Shown here: one piece after another, positions 37,938-50,370 of the stretch
Numbering within the stretch: the stretch's first letter is position 1
Layout: every line of letters starts with the position of its first letter
Source of the DNA: Octopus bimaculoides
Lineage: Eukaryota
Assembly: GCF_001194135.2 (NCBI RefSeq)
Contig: NC_068983.1
Coordinates: 142,972,796 to 143,036,795, forward strand
Length of the DNA: 64,000 bases
Direction of reading: 5' to 3'
Notes under the pieces: model-generated
Told to the model about the DNA's origin: nothing
What the model saw: the letters and a program-made list of their open reading frames with translations, nothing else
The model's database searches: none
Program-made: the position numbers and the translations under genes

Positions 37938-39230
37938 ATCATCATCAACATTTAACGTCTGTTGTCCATGCTGGCATGAACTGGATGGCTGCACCAGACT
38001 CCAGTCTGTTTTGGTATGGTTTCTATGGCTGGATGCCCTTCCTAACACCAACCTCTCCAAGAGTGTAATGGGTGCTTTTATGTGCCATTTGCATGACACC
38101 GGTATCTTCCACAATTGCGGTTTTATTTGGCTTGATGGGTTTTCTTTTCAAGCAAGGTATGATGCCGAATGGACTCAGTCATTGCCTCTGTGAAGCCCAA
38201 TGCTCGAAGCCCAGCATAATGTCAAATGGTCTCGGTCCTTGCCTCTGTGAGGCCCAATGCTCAAAAGGTGCTTTTACATGCCACCGGCACAGGTGCCATT
38301 TGTGTGATGACGGTATCTGCCATGACTGCGATTTTACATGGCTCGATGAGTCTTCTTCTCAAGCACAACATAATGCCAAAGGTTTTGGTCATTGCCTCTG
38401 TGAGACCCAACATTCGAAAGGAGCTCAACCACTTTGCCTTTGTGAGGTTCAATGCTCAAAAGGTGCTTTTAATGTGTCACCTGCATGGATGCTGGTTACA
38501 TGACACCAGCATCAGCCATGACTGCAATTTCACTTGACTTGATGAGTCTTCTCATGCACAGCATATTGCCAAAGGTCTTAGTCACTTGTCATTGCCTCTG
38601 TGAAGCCCAAAGTTCAGAGATCCTGCTTCACCACTTCATCCCACATCTTCCTAGGTCTACCTCTACGACAGTTTCCCTCCACAGTTAGAGATCAACACCT
38701 CTTTACCCAGCTGTCCTCGTCCATATGCATCATATAACCATAATAGCACAGTTGTCTTTCTTGCACACCACATCTGATGCCTCTTATACCTAACTTTTCT
38801 CTCAAGATGCTTACACTCTGTCGAACACGCACACTGACATTGCATATCCAACGAAACATACTAGCTTCATTTCTTTCAAGCCTATGCATGTCCTTGGCTG
38901 TCACAGCCCATGTTTCACTGCCATGTAACATAGCTGTTTGCACACAGGCATCATACAATCTGCCTTTCATTCTTTGAGAGAGGCCTTTTGTTGCCTGCAA
39001 AGGCAGGAGCTCTCTAAACTTTGCCCAGCCTAATCTTATTCTGACAGTTATGCTCTCAGAGCATCCACCTTCGCTACTAACTTGATCACCTTGGTAACAG
39101 GAGATATCTACTACCTCTAGCTTATCCCATGGCAGTTGATGGAGTCTATTTTCTGTACATTTTTGGTTTTATTGTACCTGTGCATTTATCACACACAAAA
39201 GCTATTTTCCCTGTTAATGGACCTGTTCAT
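37938..39230 (-). mobile_element. 5'-truncated RTE-clade LINE: thumb/C-terminal ORF2, 3' UTR with three modules of about 195 bp, and (GAT)n tail
   Basis: ORF 38692-39000 reads KGRLYDACVQTAMLHGSETWAVTAKDMHRLERNEASMFRWICNVS...LCYYGYMMHMDED. Upstream is RIRLGWAKFRELLP. The terminal ~170 bp match the SINE A 3' end. Confidence 0.9.
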
Positions 39231-41252
39231 GATATTGATGCTTTTACTCATGATATTAGTGATTAGCAATGAAATCAAGTGATTTCAACAAGGAATCTAA
39301 TACTAGCTAGCCAATTTTACATCTTATAATGATGATGATGATCATGTATTATAGTGGCCTGGACGATATAAGAAAATTGAAAGTTAATTCTTGCTATAGT
39401 GATCAGTTAAAAATAGTATATTCTTCTCACTTCCTTAGTCAAGCTGAGTAATCTTTATGAGTGGTTATTAATATAGAGAATAGGATTGATTTGGAGAAGT
39501 AATTGATTTAATAGGTTAAATTGTGAAGTTCTATGATAATCTGATAGCTGGTCAATATTAGTGGTCTCTTGTTCAAGAATAAGGCATCACGATAACTTTC
39601 TGAGAAACACAATATAAAGCAAAGTTTTTTTTCTATGGATGAATATGATAGCATATATGTGGCCAGTTGACCTGCAAGAGATAACAGTCTCATCTGTAAA
39701 TCATATGGTATTATCTTAAAGAATGGTAGGACTGTGTCTAAATAAAAGAGTAGATGGTTTTGAATGAACACCTTTGAACCTAATTCTAGCAGATCATCAC
39801 TGATCTGGGTCTAAAACTAACAACAATAATAAACCTTTTAAGGAATTTTATTTATTTAATCTGTTAGTCAATTTTTTTTTTTTTTTTAGCAAGGAATCCC
39901 TCCATCCATCCATTTTTGCCAACTACTTTTCTGGGAGGGTTTGTTGGGGCAGAATTTTCAGGCATCTCCTCTATAAGGTCCTAACAGAAGCAACCATCTT
40001 ATTTTCTTATTAGATTCCCAAGCATGACCAACTGAGCAACTATGGATATTATCCAATCATCTTTTTCATGAAATGCCATCATAAGTTTTAAAAACATTTG
40101 TTGTATATAATATACAAGCAATACAAATGAAAATACTTCCCATATTAATGTTGATCAAACTTGGTGCTATTTAGATGTCTGTTATTTCATGTTTGCAGGC
40201 ATGAGACAGGTCTGCAATATAACGTATCTTCATGTGTTGTGATATTGTGTTATCTCAGCAACAAAATGCAGTAAAGATAACAATGATTAAGCACTTCATG
40301 TTAGCTTTGTCTGAGCAGACTCATATTTTCTTGTGAAGAAGTGGGCAATTTGTTGATGGTTATTTGTTTGCTATATTGAGCAAGTTGAATAATAATTTAG
40401 AAACTTTCTCAATTGCTCATCTAAACATTCCATGTATCTAATCTAATCCAATGGATTAGCTACTTTTACTTAGTTTTTCTTCACTAAGTAGAACTTCCTC
40501 AGTTAAGTCATAATACATTTATTTTCATCAAACATGTATTGTCTGTTTGTGACCACTTGGTCTTTTAGAAGTAGCTACTAAATGCTCTCAGGCCTCACTC
40601 TACTTTTAAAAAGAATAAGGACATGGTGACCAATGTATTAATAGTTCTAGATATACAACTGTGAGAGTTGGTTATGACTAGAGTATCTTTCGCCATAGGT
40701 TTGTACAGTCAGGGACTAAGCAACAGTAACAACTACAGATAAACTAGCATTATCATATCTCCAGAATACATCTGCCTTATTCATTATTCCTTTTAAATAT
40801 TAATAAAATATGTTAAAGATCTAAGCAAGCTGAGTACACGACTTGATTTTGATTCCATGGTTGCAGTTGTTTGGTTTCTCATACGTTGTGAGTCATTAAA
40901 ATGACTCTTGTAGGTGCTAACAATCTTATATCTACTTTGTATATCAGAAGTTGTGTGTCTATGTATGAAATCACTCTTCATTTGCTGATAGGAGTTATAG
41001 GATCGAATTTTGTCCTGTACATATTCAGTGTAATATTCAAGACAAAAACTGGAAATGTTACTCATGCCAATATTGATATTTCCATGTGTGAGTATGAAAA
41101 TAATGATGCAGCTGACATTTGCACTTATAGTTTATTATAAATATAGTAAAGTAGATGGGAGTGTTTAGAGTTTACCTCTTTACTATCATGTCTAAGAAGA
41201 TATCTGTTTTCTTTTCTTCTTGAAATGAATGTGTGCGAATATATTTGTGTGT

Positions 41253-41276
<24 letters not shown>

Positions 41277-41331
<55 letters not shown>

Positions 41332-41340
41332 GGAGAGAGA
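41277..41340. repeat. Compound (TA)n(GA)n microsatellite
   Basis: Directly visible. Confidence 0.95.
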
Positions 41341-42539
41341 TGAGGAAGAATGCTAACAATGATACTTGCAATGAATGCTGATTATAAGAAATTGCCCTGT
41401 TATGATTGTAAATAAAAAAAAATCTTTTGTTCTAACCCAGCCTAGATAGATATGTATAATATAATATGTTTCTAGCACTTAAGATAAATAATTGGTAAAT
41501 ACAGCTTGTGGTTTCAGGTATCAAATTTATTGTCTTTTACTCTAGGTTACCAGCTGTTTTCTAAAAATAGAAAAACAAATTGTCTTCTTCTTGTATTCTG
41601 TCAGAATTTCATTGACAATGTGATAACATTGTGCTAAAGTAAAATGTTTGGAATGATAAAAGTATTTGCAAAAGTCTGGATTTATCCTTTCATTGCTGCC
41701 AACTTTATTATGATGTGCCTCTTTTTATGTATTTAATAAAAGAAATACATTGGAAGTTTTGCATTGTATATTTACTGCATACCTAAATAAAAATGTAACT
41801 ATTAAAAATATATCAATCTACATTCAAAACTGCAATAAAAATATGTTTCAATGAATCCTTTAAGGTGTTTCATATGTTCACAAATTTTATGACTTGACAA
41901 ACTGATAGATTGTCGACTGAAAGTTTGATGGTTCATACCCTGTCACTGGTGCTGTACTATCCTTGGCCAAAACATTTTAACACTGGCTGTTTTATTTCAT
42001 CTTTAACCCATCAATGATATCTATTTACCTGATACCATTGTTGGTACCACCATCAAAAGTAGCAAGTAGATTATAGTTCTTGAGTCCTGTTACCTATACA
42101 CAAAGTAACAGTATACTATTCCTGAATATTCTCTCCAAAACATTAGGAGAAAACTAGGTATTCACCATTTCACAATTTTCAGAACACTTTCAGTAATATA
42201 AATTTGAAGATATATATGGCACACAGTTACTCAATCTTTATGAGCTACAGCTTCTGTAAACATTGAACAATATATTTTAATGGTTAGTTATTTAAGCTGA
42301 TAGAAAGATACAGCAAAACTTATTCAAAAATTCTTAGTGGTGTCTGGGACATGATTTGAACCCATTGCCTATCAAACACAAACCAAGTATTATAAGTACC
42401 TGGTTCATACCTCATTTGCATTATTTAATACACTGTAGCAACTGGCAATGTTTGCAGTGGTTGTTGAGTGTTCAGTCCAGACTAGACAGACAGTGCTAGG
42501 TTGCAGTGTAAAATACCACTTTATTGACCCTTTTCTCTA

Positions 42540-43110
42540 AACACCCTCTTATATATGCCATCAATGTACCCCCATTTTTAGTCGCTATATCCACCTCTAC
42601 ATGCATCTGACCTTTGTCTCTGTCAGTATGCATCTCCTCTCTCCCCAACACTTCATATCATCTCCCTATTTCTCATCTATTTACAGTTTTATTATAATGT
42701 TATTTTCACACAATAACCCATTTTTATGTATTACCATCTATCACCTCTTCCTCCCTGACCCACTCCTCTTTTCCTTATATTCCCCCAAACTGAGATTTAC
42801 CAATTTCTAGGCCTCCGTCCATGTTTACCATTCACTATCACCCTCCTCTCTACCATCTGTCACTCTCATGAACCTACCCACCTAGCTAATCTGGATTTTT
42901 GGTCCCTATTTTCTCCTTATATATTTTCTTGTACCTCGAGGGTTGGCCTTGACACTTCATCTCTAGCATTCTTTGTCCTTTTCCTGCTAGAGTAGCTCTG
43001 TATCTCTTCTACAAGACATCAGTGCCTATCCCTTTATCATACTTTAGCCACCTCCCTCACTACTGCACCCCTACTCTATCAAGAGGTCTTGTCTTGCAAG
43101 TTACTTGGTT
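42540..43110. repeat. Pyrimidine-rich interspersed repeat remnant (similar composition to 59460-60120 and, reversed, 29530-29870)
   Basis: Strong C/T strand bias with non-tandem sequence; identity not established. Confidence 0.35.
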
Positions 43111-44301
43111 ACCTCTCTAGTGGTGGTGCTATGAAAGATGTACCCAGTACATTTTGTAAAGTGATTGGCATTAGGAAAGGCATCCAGTTGTAGAAACTAT
43201 CAATAAAGTTTTTATTCCCTCTGGTCTCTTCCTTTTATGCATTTTGATATTGCCTTTGTAAAATCTGCACAAAACACGTACCAAAGGTAAGTAGTAGTTG
43301 TAGTAGTTTTTGTTGTTGTAGTTACTATTTAATCCTAGGTTCTGATCAAACAGATCTACAACCAAAGATGTTCAATCTGTGACCATCCTGTCATTTTTCC
43401 AACCAAATTATGTCTAAGACTGCATTTATCCAATGTGTCATTTCTTTTTTTTTTAAGTCAGTAGAGTGAAATTTAAAGGAAATTTGCCTGTTGTTTCTTG
43501 CTGGCCAAACAACTAAATCATGATTCCTACTTTGGCTTGTAGGGAGGCACAAAGAAGCCAGCACCATTTTGAAACAGCAAGATCTCACCTGCAACCATTG
43601 CCATACACAAGACAAAAACAAGATCTCACCTGCAACCATTATCTAAGGAGAAAAGACAACATTTTCCTTCTCATTCTTCTCATGTTGACGCCAAGAAGAC
43701 ACTTTGAAGTCAGGAGCTCACAGTGGACTTTTGTCCCATTGTGATACCACATGCATTGTCTCCAGAGGTTATTGAACCTCACGTGTATGGGAGAGAAGGC
43801 TGTGAAAATGGTTACTGAAAGCAAACCCCTTGTACAAAGCACCTGTGAATAAATGGTTATTGAATTTACTCTGCATGAGAACTTCATTCTTCATATTTCC
43901 AACCCCTTGAATCAACAGAATAATTATAATAGAAGAAGAAGATACCCTAAAAGTATCATAAAAACCTTCCTTCCATTATAGGCTCATTTGTTTTTCAAAG
44001 TTTTGTCTATAAGTGAAACAGTACCACTTAGTTAATTATTTCCTTTTTCTTACTTTTATATACTACTGTTATCAGGAAGGTGTCATAGTATTACTAAATT
44101 TATCTTTCTGCTGAGAAGTTTATGACAGCACTTGTCCCTATTACATAGGATGTCAGTCTGAGGTAAGTTGTTCATCAGATTATCATTTTCTAGACGATTA
44201 ACCACATCTTTAGAGTGTATATTTACAATATTTGTATCTTTATTATGTTCTTGTAAGTGCAAGGTCTGATTATTATCAAATGTTTTATTCCTGGATATGT
44301 A

Positions 44302-45591
44302 TTAGGTTGTCAAGAAAGTTCTTGCGAAATTTTTAATTTTAGTTTTAAATTATGTATTTTCAAATTAATTTTCGTTAAATTACTTTCACTTTATATATCA
44401 TTTTAAAGCCCATTTTTTGCTCTATCTAATCGCATTACTCTTTTTCTTTTTGAATAATTAGGCCATTTTTTTCTGAAACGTTGAATAAAACATGGACAAA
44501 AAGCAAATTTGCACAATTTTCTTATTCCAGTTCAAGCTAGGCCAATAAGCTGCTGAAACAGTTTGCGGTATCAACAATGTGTTTGGCCCAGGAACCACTA
44601 ATGAACGTACAGCACAATGGTGGTTCAAGAAATTTCAAAGTGGTGACGAGAGTCTTGAAGATGATAAGTGTAGTGGTCGGCCATCGAATGTTGACAACGA
44701 TCAACTAAGAGCCTAAGTCAAAGCCAATCCACGCACAACTGTTCAAGAGCTTGCTTCTGAATTAGATGTAATGTCTACTACAATTTCCAACCACCTGAAA
44801 GAGATTGGAAAAACAAAAATACTTGCGAAATGGGTGCCGCACAAATTGAACAACAAATAAGAAAAACGCCATTTTGAAGTGTCGTCTTCCCTTCTTTTAC
44901 GCAACAAGAACGACACATTTCTCAACCGGATTTTGACTCGCGATGAAAAGTGGATTCTTTACGACAACCAGCGATGCTCAGCTCAGTGGCTGAATGCCGA
45001 CGAAGCTCCACAGCACTTGCTAAAGCCAAAGTTGCACCAAAAGAAAGTTATGGTGACTGTTTGGTGGTTTGTAGCCGGTCTCATCCATCACAGCTTTTTG
45101 GATCCAGGGGAAACCATTATGGCAGAGAAGTACTGTCAGCAAATGGATGTAATGCATAAGAAACTCTGACAACAGCCAGTATTGGTCAATAGAAAAGGAC
45201 CAATTCTTCTCCATGACAATGCTCAGCCGCATATCATACAACTGACCCTGCAGAAGTTGAACGAATTGGGCTATGAAACTCTGCCTTATCCGCCATACTC
45301 ACCAGACCTCTCGCCTACCGACTGCCTCTTTTCCAAGCATCTTGATAACTTCCTGCATGAGAAATGCTTCAAAACCTAAGACGATGCTAAACACGCCTTC
45401 AACGACTTCATCGCCACTAGAACGCAGGAGAATGCAGGATTTTCACGCTACTGGCATAAACTTGTTTCGCGTTGGCAAAAGTGTGTTGATTTTGATGGTG
45501 TTTATTTCAATTAATAAAGTTTTGTTTGAGCCGAGATATGTGCATCTGAATTTAAAGGTTAAAAGCCGCAAGAACTTTCTTGACAACCTAA
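44302..45591 (+). mobile_element. Full-length mariner transposon (DD34D, cecropia/Hsmar1-like), 1290 bp
   Basis: TA|ttaggttgtcaagaaagttcttgcg ... cgcaagaactttcttgacaacctaa|TA, with TIRs and TA duplication intact. Confidence 0.97.
44492..45514 (+). pseudogene. Mariner transposase pseudogene (340 codons, 5 in-frame stops)
   Basis: MDKKQI...WVPHKL...TRDEKWILYDN...LLHDNAQPH...YSPDLSPTD...RWQKCVD; 34 residues between the 2nd and 3rd Asp. Confidence 0.95.
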
Positions 45592-45899
45592 TATATACAG
45601 ACTAGATTTGATCTATGAATAAGATACTTGATGATAATTGATAATCAAACCAATTAAAGTATATTGTAGATATAGATATTGTAGATATGCACTCTAAATA
45701 TGAAATATAATAATCTTATTAGAACATTAGTCTTTTACAGTTTGCTCATAAACTACTGGAAGTCAATATTACAAGACACTGAAACTCTCTTCGATTACAC
45801 AATACCCAACTACCCAACTCACTACTGAAATCAATGAGCTGTTCCTCCTAATGGTATTTATTTTATAGCTATATGATCTGGACCATATCCTAGACTGTA

Positions 45900-46240
45900 T
45901 TCAGAAAAGGGTTACATAACTAATTGGCTAGAATCATTCTTAGATATAGGTTCCAACCTCTGACCCTCAGATATACTGTCTCCTCTCACTACCTTCCTTA
46001 TCCCAATGGAGCTGGCCAGGCTCATAACTACCCCATTCACTCATTCCTCTCCTCATTCTCCTTTTTGTGTCTACTCCACCAATCCCTAAACCTTTTACTC
46101 ATCATTATGCCCAGTTCATTCTTCCTAGTATGTCAACCTTCTGGAATTCATTCCCTGCTCATGTCTTTCCTGCAGGTATTAACTTGCAAAGGTTCAAGAG
46201 GAACATTAATTACATCAATCTCACTATTCTAGGAGGATCT
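45900..46240 (+). mobile_element. 3' end of a decayed CR1/Jockey-group LINE
   Basis: HYAQFILPSMSTFWNSFPAHVFPAGINLQRFKRNINYI resembles the common LINE ORF2 ending (xWNSLPxxVFPxxxNLQxFK). Confidence 0.6.
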
Positions 46241-46459
46241 GTGAAGACCACGGAATGTCCCTTCTTCCAGACCCAACAAGTAAAAACAATAACTTAAAAC
46301 AACTAAAGAAATTACATGCATAAATGAAATTATTGTCTAACTGAACTTATTTTTCTTGACTCAAAATCTTGTACCTTACCACATGTTTATTATATTTGAT
46401 TATATTTCTCCTAACACATTTGAAAAGGAAAATATTTCAGTTGCTGACACAAAATATGT

Positions 46460-46470
46460 TCCTTTGTATA

Positions 46471-46512
<42 letters not shown>

Positions 46513-46531
46513 NNNNNNNNNNCTTTGTATA

Positions 46532-46585
<54 letters not shown>
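46460..46585. repeat. (TG)n duplicated with its 14-bp flank across a 10-N gap (46513-46522)
   Basis: ctttgtatatttag(tg)n appears on both sides of the gap. Confidence 0.9.
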
Positions 46586-46590
<5 letters not shown>

Positions 46591-47547
46591 TGTATAGTCA
46601 AAAACAGATGGACAAAGCATAAGGTTTTAGTATGAGAGAAATGAATACCTCAGGGTATTGTTTATATTAAACTACACTGTCACTCCAGAGAGATTCATTA
46701 AGTAACATTCTACTCATTAAAGTTTGTGTAAAAGAACATCAGAACAAACCACCATTTGAACAGACTATCAAATATCGTACTCAATAATTAAAGTTATAAC
46801 TTTCTCTTACTCTCTGTCTGTTTGTCTGTTTCTCTCTCCCCTCATTCACTCACTCATTGTTTTTCTGGGGGGGGGGGGTTCTCTTTCTTCTTTCTCTCTT
46901 TCTATTTTGTTTTCACAAAGACATTTTTCTAACAATGCAGATTTTTTAACATTCCCCCACAAAGATGGAAGAATGGAAGAACTGAATAACATTTTGACAG
47001 CCACCCCCACCAAACTCTTTTCTTTTAACAGCCTTAATTGATTTAACTCTCCTTCTAACCTCCAACTCTTTCTACCTTTGTCTTTTATATTTTTCTTTCT
47101 CTCTCTCTCTGTTCCTCTCTTCTTCCCAACCCACTTTCCCTTTCACAAACCCACTTCATCAATCATCTCTACATGTAAGAAAAAGCTGGGTAAAAGATAG
47201 GATATTGAAGATTCATAAGTAAAAAATGTGTGACTGCAACATGTCATATATTTAATGGAAAAGCTCTAAGAAGAAAAGATCAAGAAGAACATTCAAGTTT
47301 AGATGTGCGTTGGCATGCTATTTGGAGTTCTGGATATATAGAGATTAAAAATAGATACATTGGGTGCAAGTATTTAGATCAGACCTCTGGTTCTCTTCTC
47401 ACCCATGTTTTTCCTACATTCATTGACTTGCAGCTGTTTGGACTAGGTGTTGGCAACATTAGTCTCACCGGACTAGCCAGTCTCACCTGTCTCTCTGGCT
47501 AGCTAGTGCACATATACATAATCACAAAAATAAATAATAAATAGTAA

Positions 47548-47884
47548 TAACAAGAGCACTCAGAGAGTGAAAACCTCCACTAAGGCAACACCAATGTCCT
47601 CTCAATGATTAGCCAGAGATGATTTTTAAAATGAGAATATCTGAAATAAAGTCGACTGCTCTCACAAACAAAATGCTAAAAATGAACCTAAACAGGAAAA
47701 ATAATCCAGAATCCTTGTCCGGAACTGGATCAATCCGAAAATCTAATCAGTTCATGCCAAACAACCCTGAAAGTTTCATCTGAATCCATCCAGTGGTTCT
47801 TGAGATGTCTTGTCCACGGACAAACAAACAAATAAACAAAAACGACTGAAACAATACCTCTGCCTTCTCTGAGGCAGAGGTAAT
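47548..47884 (+). mobile_element. Helentron/HINE (DINE-1-like) non-autonomous element
   Basis: 5' aacaagagcactcagagagtg (small inverted repeat) and acctccact subterminal motif, (ACAA)n near the 3' end, and terminal hairpin tacctctgcc-ttctctga-ggcagaggta. Confidence 0.6.
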
Positions 47885-47941
47885 AATAAGATGCAGAAGA
47901 TTATATGATTTTCCTTGTATTGTTACATAATTTTTTTCAAT

Positions 47942-48090
47942 TTAACTCTTTTAATACCAATCTACTCAAGACAACCACTGGATCTATGATGCAAACTTTA
48001 TGTTTTAAAGGGACTTAAATTAAAATCTTTCATCAAAATATGCTAATTTATGTTTGAAATAAATTGAAAATATTTGTTCAAGTGCTGTAT
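47942..48090 (+). mobile_element. Partial TTAA-type MITE; second partial copy at about 52639-52737
   Basis: ttaactcttttaataccaa...tctatgatgcaaactt...aaaatctttcatcaaaa compared with ttaactgctttgataccaa...tctatgatacaaactt...aaaaccttccatcaaaa. Confidence 0.6.
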
Positions 48091-48354
48091 AGCTTGATCA
48101 AACCCAGAAAACTGTAGTTGTAAAGCCCAAGTATAAATTTAGAGACTTGAATGTGTATTTGCAAGTTGATTAAATTTCAGCCAACACTGATTTCAAATAT
48201 GTAATTTCAGCTAATAACTTGGGCTCCTTTTATTGAGCCTGGTCGCAGTTCATTTATTTTCATTCAGCATCTGGTGGTCATCTTAGAGGTGTCCTGTGTC
48301 AAAAAATATCATTCATAGCAGATGGTCTCTCAATATCATTCATACATGCCTAAC

Positions 48355-48670
48355 TCAGAGTCGGAAGTTACAGCCTGAGTTAGTATCTATGATTGTAAAA
48401 ATTAAAAGTAATTCAAATTCAATGTTTTCTTGAAACAATAAATTTCTATAGAGATCAGGATTTAAATTCCAATCTGTGAAAAGTTTCCGTTCTACAATAT
48501 TCTTAAAGGAATGAAAAATTATCCGGCAACTCGGGCTAATACACACGAGGCTGGTAGGTGTAAAAGACTAACTGGCATCTCTTGTCAAGCGTACAGGCGA
48601 CAGTCACATCGCTGATGTTTGTTGTGCACTCCACTGTTGTTATTTGATTGCTGTTATTCTGTGCGTCTGC
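48355..48670. promoter_or_regulatory. Possible promoter/5' region (ETS-like CGGAAGT at 48362-48368, CpG cluster 48520-48665)
   Basis: Motif and local CpG enrichment immediately upstream of a well-bounded exon. Confidence 0.3.
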
Positions 48671-48725
48671 ATGTAAAGATCAGTTGTGTCTTGCAGGGTT
48701 GCTTTATTTTTTACCCTTAACTTAG

Positions 48726-48810
48726 AAATGGAAAAAGACAGTGCTAGATATGAAAAATAAGCCATTTGGGGCTAGAAATAAAGCAGAAAAACATGAAATT
48801 CTTGAAGCAG
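48726..48810 (+). CDS. Candidate exon of an unidentified plus-strand gene
   Basis: Strong acceptor ttttttacccttaacttag|, strong donor CAG|gtatgt. One open frame, KWKKTVLDMKNKPFGARNKAEKHEILEA (ATG at 48750), ending in phase 1. Confidence 0.5.
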
Positions 48811-48869
48811 GTATGTGTCTTATGTAAAATCTGTGATGAACCCAAGTGACACTGATGACCTGGAGTTGC

Positions 48870-48905
<36 letters not shown>

Positions 48906-48932
48906 CAAATTAACACACGCACACACACACAC

Positions 48933-49365
48933 NNNNNNNNNNNNNNNNNNNNNNNNNNNNNNNNNNNNNNNNNNNNNNNNNNNNNNNNNNNNNNNNNNNN
49001 NNNNNNNNNNNNNNNNNNNNNNNNNNNNNNNNNNNNNNNNNNNNNNNNNNNNNNNNNNNNNNNNNNNNNNNNNNNNNNNNNNNNNNNNNNNNNNNNNNNN
49101 NNNNNNNNNNNNNNNNNNNNNNNNNNNNNNNNNNNNNNNNNNNNNNNNNNNNNNNNNNNNNNNNNNNNNNNNNNNNNNNNNNNNNNNNNNNNNNNNNNNN
49201 NNNNNNNNNNNNNNNNNNNNNNNNNNNNNNNNNNNNNNNNNNNNNNNNNNNNNNNNNNNNNNNNNNNNNNNNNNNNNNNNNNNNNNNNNNNNNNNNNNNN
49301 NNNNNNNNNNNNNNNNNNNNNNNNNNNNNNNNNNNNNNNNNNNNNNNNNNNNNNNNNNNNNNNNN
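48933..49365. other. Assembly gap
   Basis: N run. Confidence 1.
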
Positions 49366-49413
49366 TTCTATTATAGGCACAAGGCATGGTTTTTGAGGGA
49401 AGGAGCAAGTCAA

Positions 49414-49443
49414 TTAGGGTTAGGGTTAGGGTTAGGGTTAGGG
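49414..49443 (+). repeat. Interstitial telomere-type repeat (TTAGGG)5
   Basis: Five perfect units. Confidence 0.97.
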
Positions 49444-49989
49444 AAAACGAACACACGTGTGTTGCCTCTGCAAAATGTCAGAAGTAATGGAGATTAAATA
49501 CGCTTTACACTGCTTAAAGTGCCAAAGGAGTAAGTGTCAACAGCTGAATACTTGTCAGTGATTAGTAGAAATTATCGAAATAAGACAATTTTTTACATGA
49601 AATAAATCCGAATACAAAAATTTTTTTATGTTCTATAACACAAAATAGATAAGTATACAAAGTTTGAAAGTCTTTCGGTACCAAAAACACTACATAAAAC
49701 ATAAATGAAAACTGGCGCCCCCGTTTTGAACAAGATACCAGCTCCACATCATTCAAAGTTTGCAGGGGGATGTAGAACTAATCCATCTCATCAGATATTT
49801 GAAGATACTTTGAAATGTTCGAGCAATCAAAGATACCCTGAAAGAAATTCAAAATGGCTTAGTTGCAGTCACATGGTTGTAATGCTATTAAAGTGACAAT
49901 AGTTATTTTCTTTCTTTGATGTCTACATCTAGTTTATCATCCACTGAAGTCTTTATTATGTATCTGATGGGACATAATCTGGCTATCTA

Positions 49990-50370
49990 TTTTAAGATAC
50001 TGAAATGGAAAAAGACATTACTGCTGAAATTTATTGCCAATAATTTGATCATGTAAATGAAGCATTACATCAAAAGTGACCAGCTTTGGTAAACAGAAAA
50101 CGTGAGGGCTCTGCAAAATGAACCAGGAAAGGAGGAGATTGTTAGAATGGAAAGTTCTATCATAACTTCAGATTTGACACTTACTGATTATTACATGTTT
50201 TGATTGCTAGAACATTTCATGGTAGATTATTCAGACACAAAGAAGATATGGAAAACAGTATGTAAAATTTCTTTCAGAGAATTTTTAAACAGGATTTAAA
50301 AAGTTAACTTACTGTTGGGGTGCAATCATTGATATTGATGGTGAACACATTATCAATAAATAGTTGTATT
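49990..50370 (+). mobile_element. Decayed mariner transposase fragment (catalytic region)
   Basis: ITAEIYCQ*FDHVNEALHQK*PALVNRK followed by broken W.VL...DL..TDYYMF remnants. Confidence 0.65.

Noticed and set aside
46460-46585. Tandem duplication around a 10-N gap
   Set aside because: Most simply an unmerged contig overlap at a microsatellite.
48725-50020. Shared 16-mer gaaatggaaaaagaca at about 48725 and 50002
   Set aside because: A-rich and expected by chance at this length; the flanks are unrelated.
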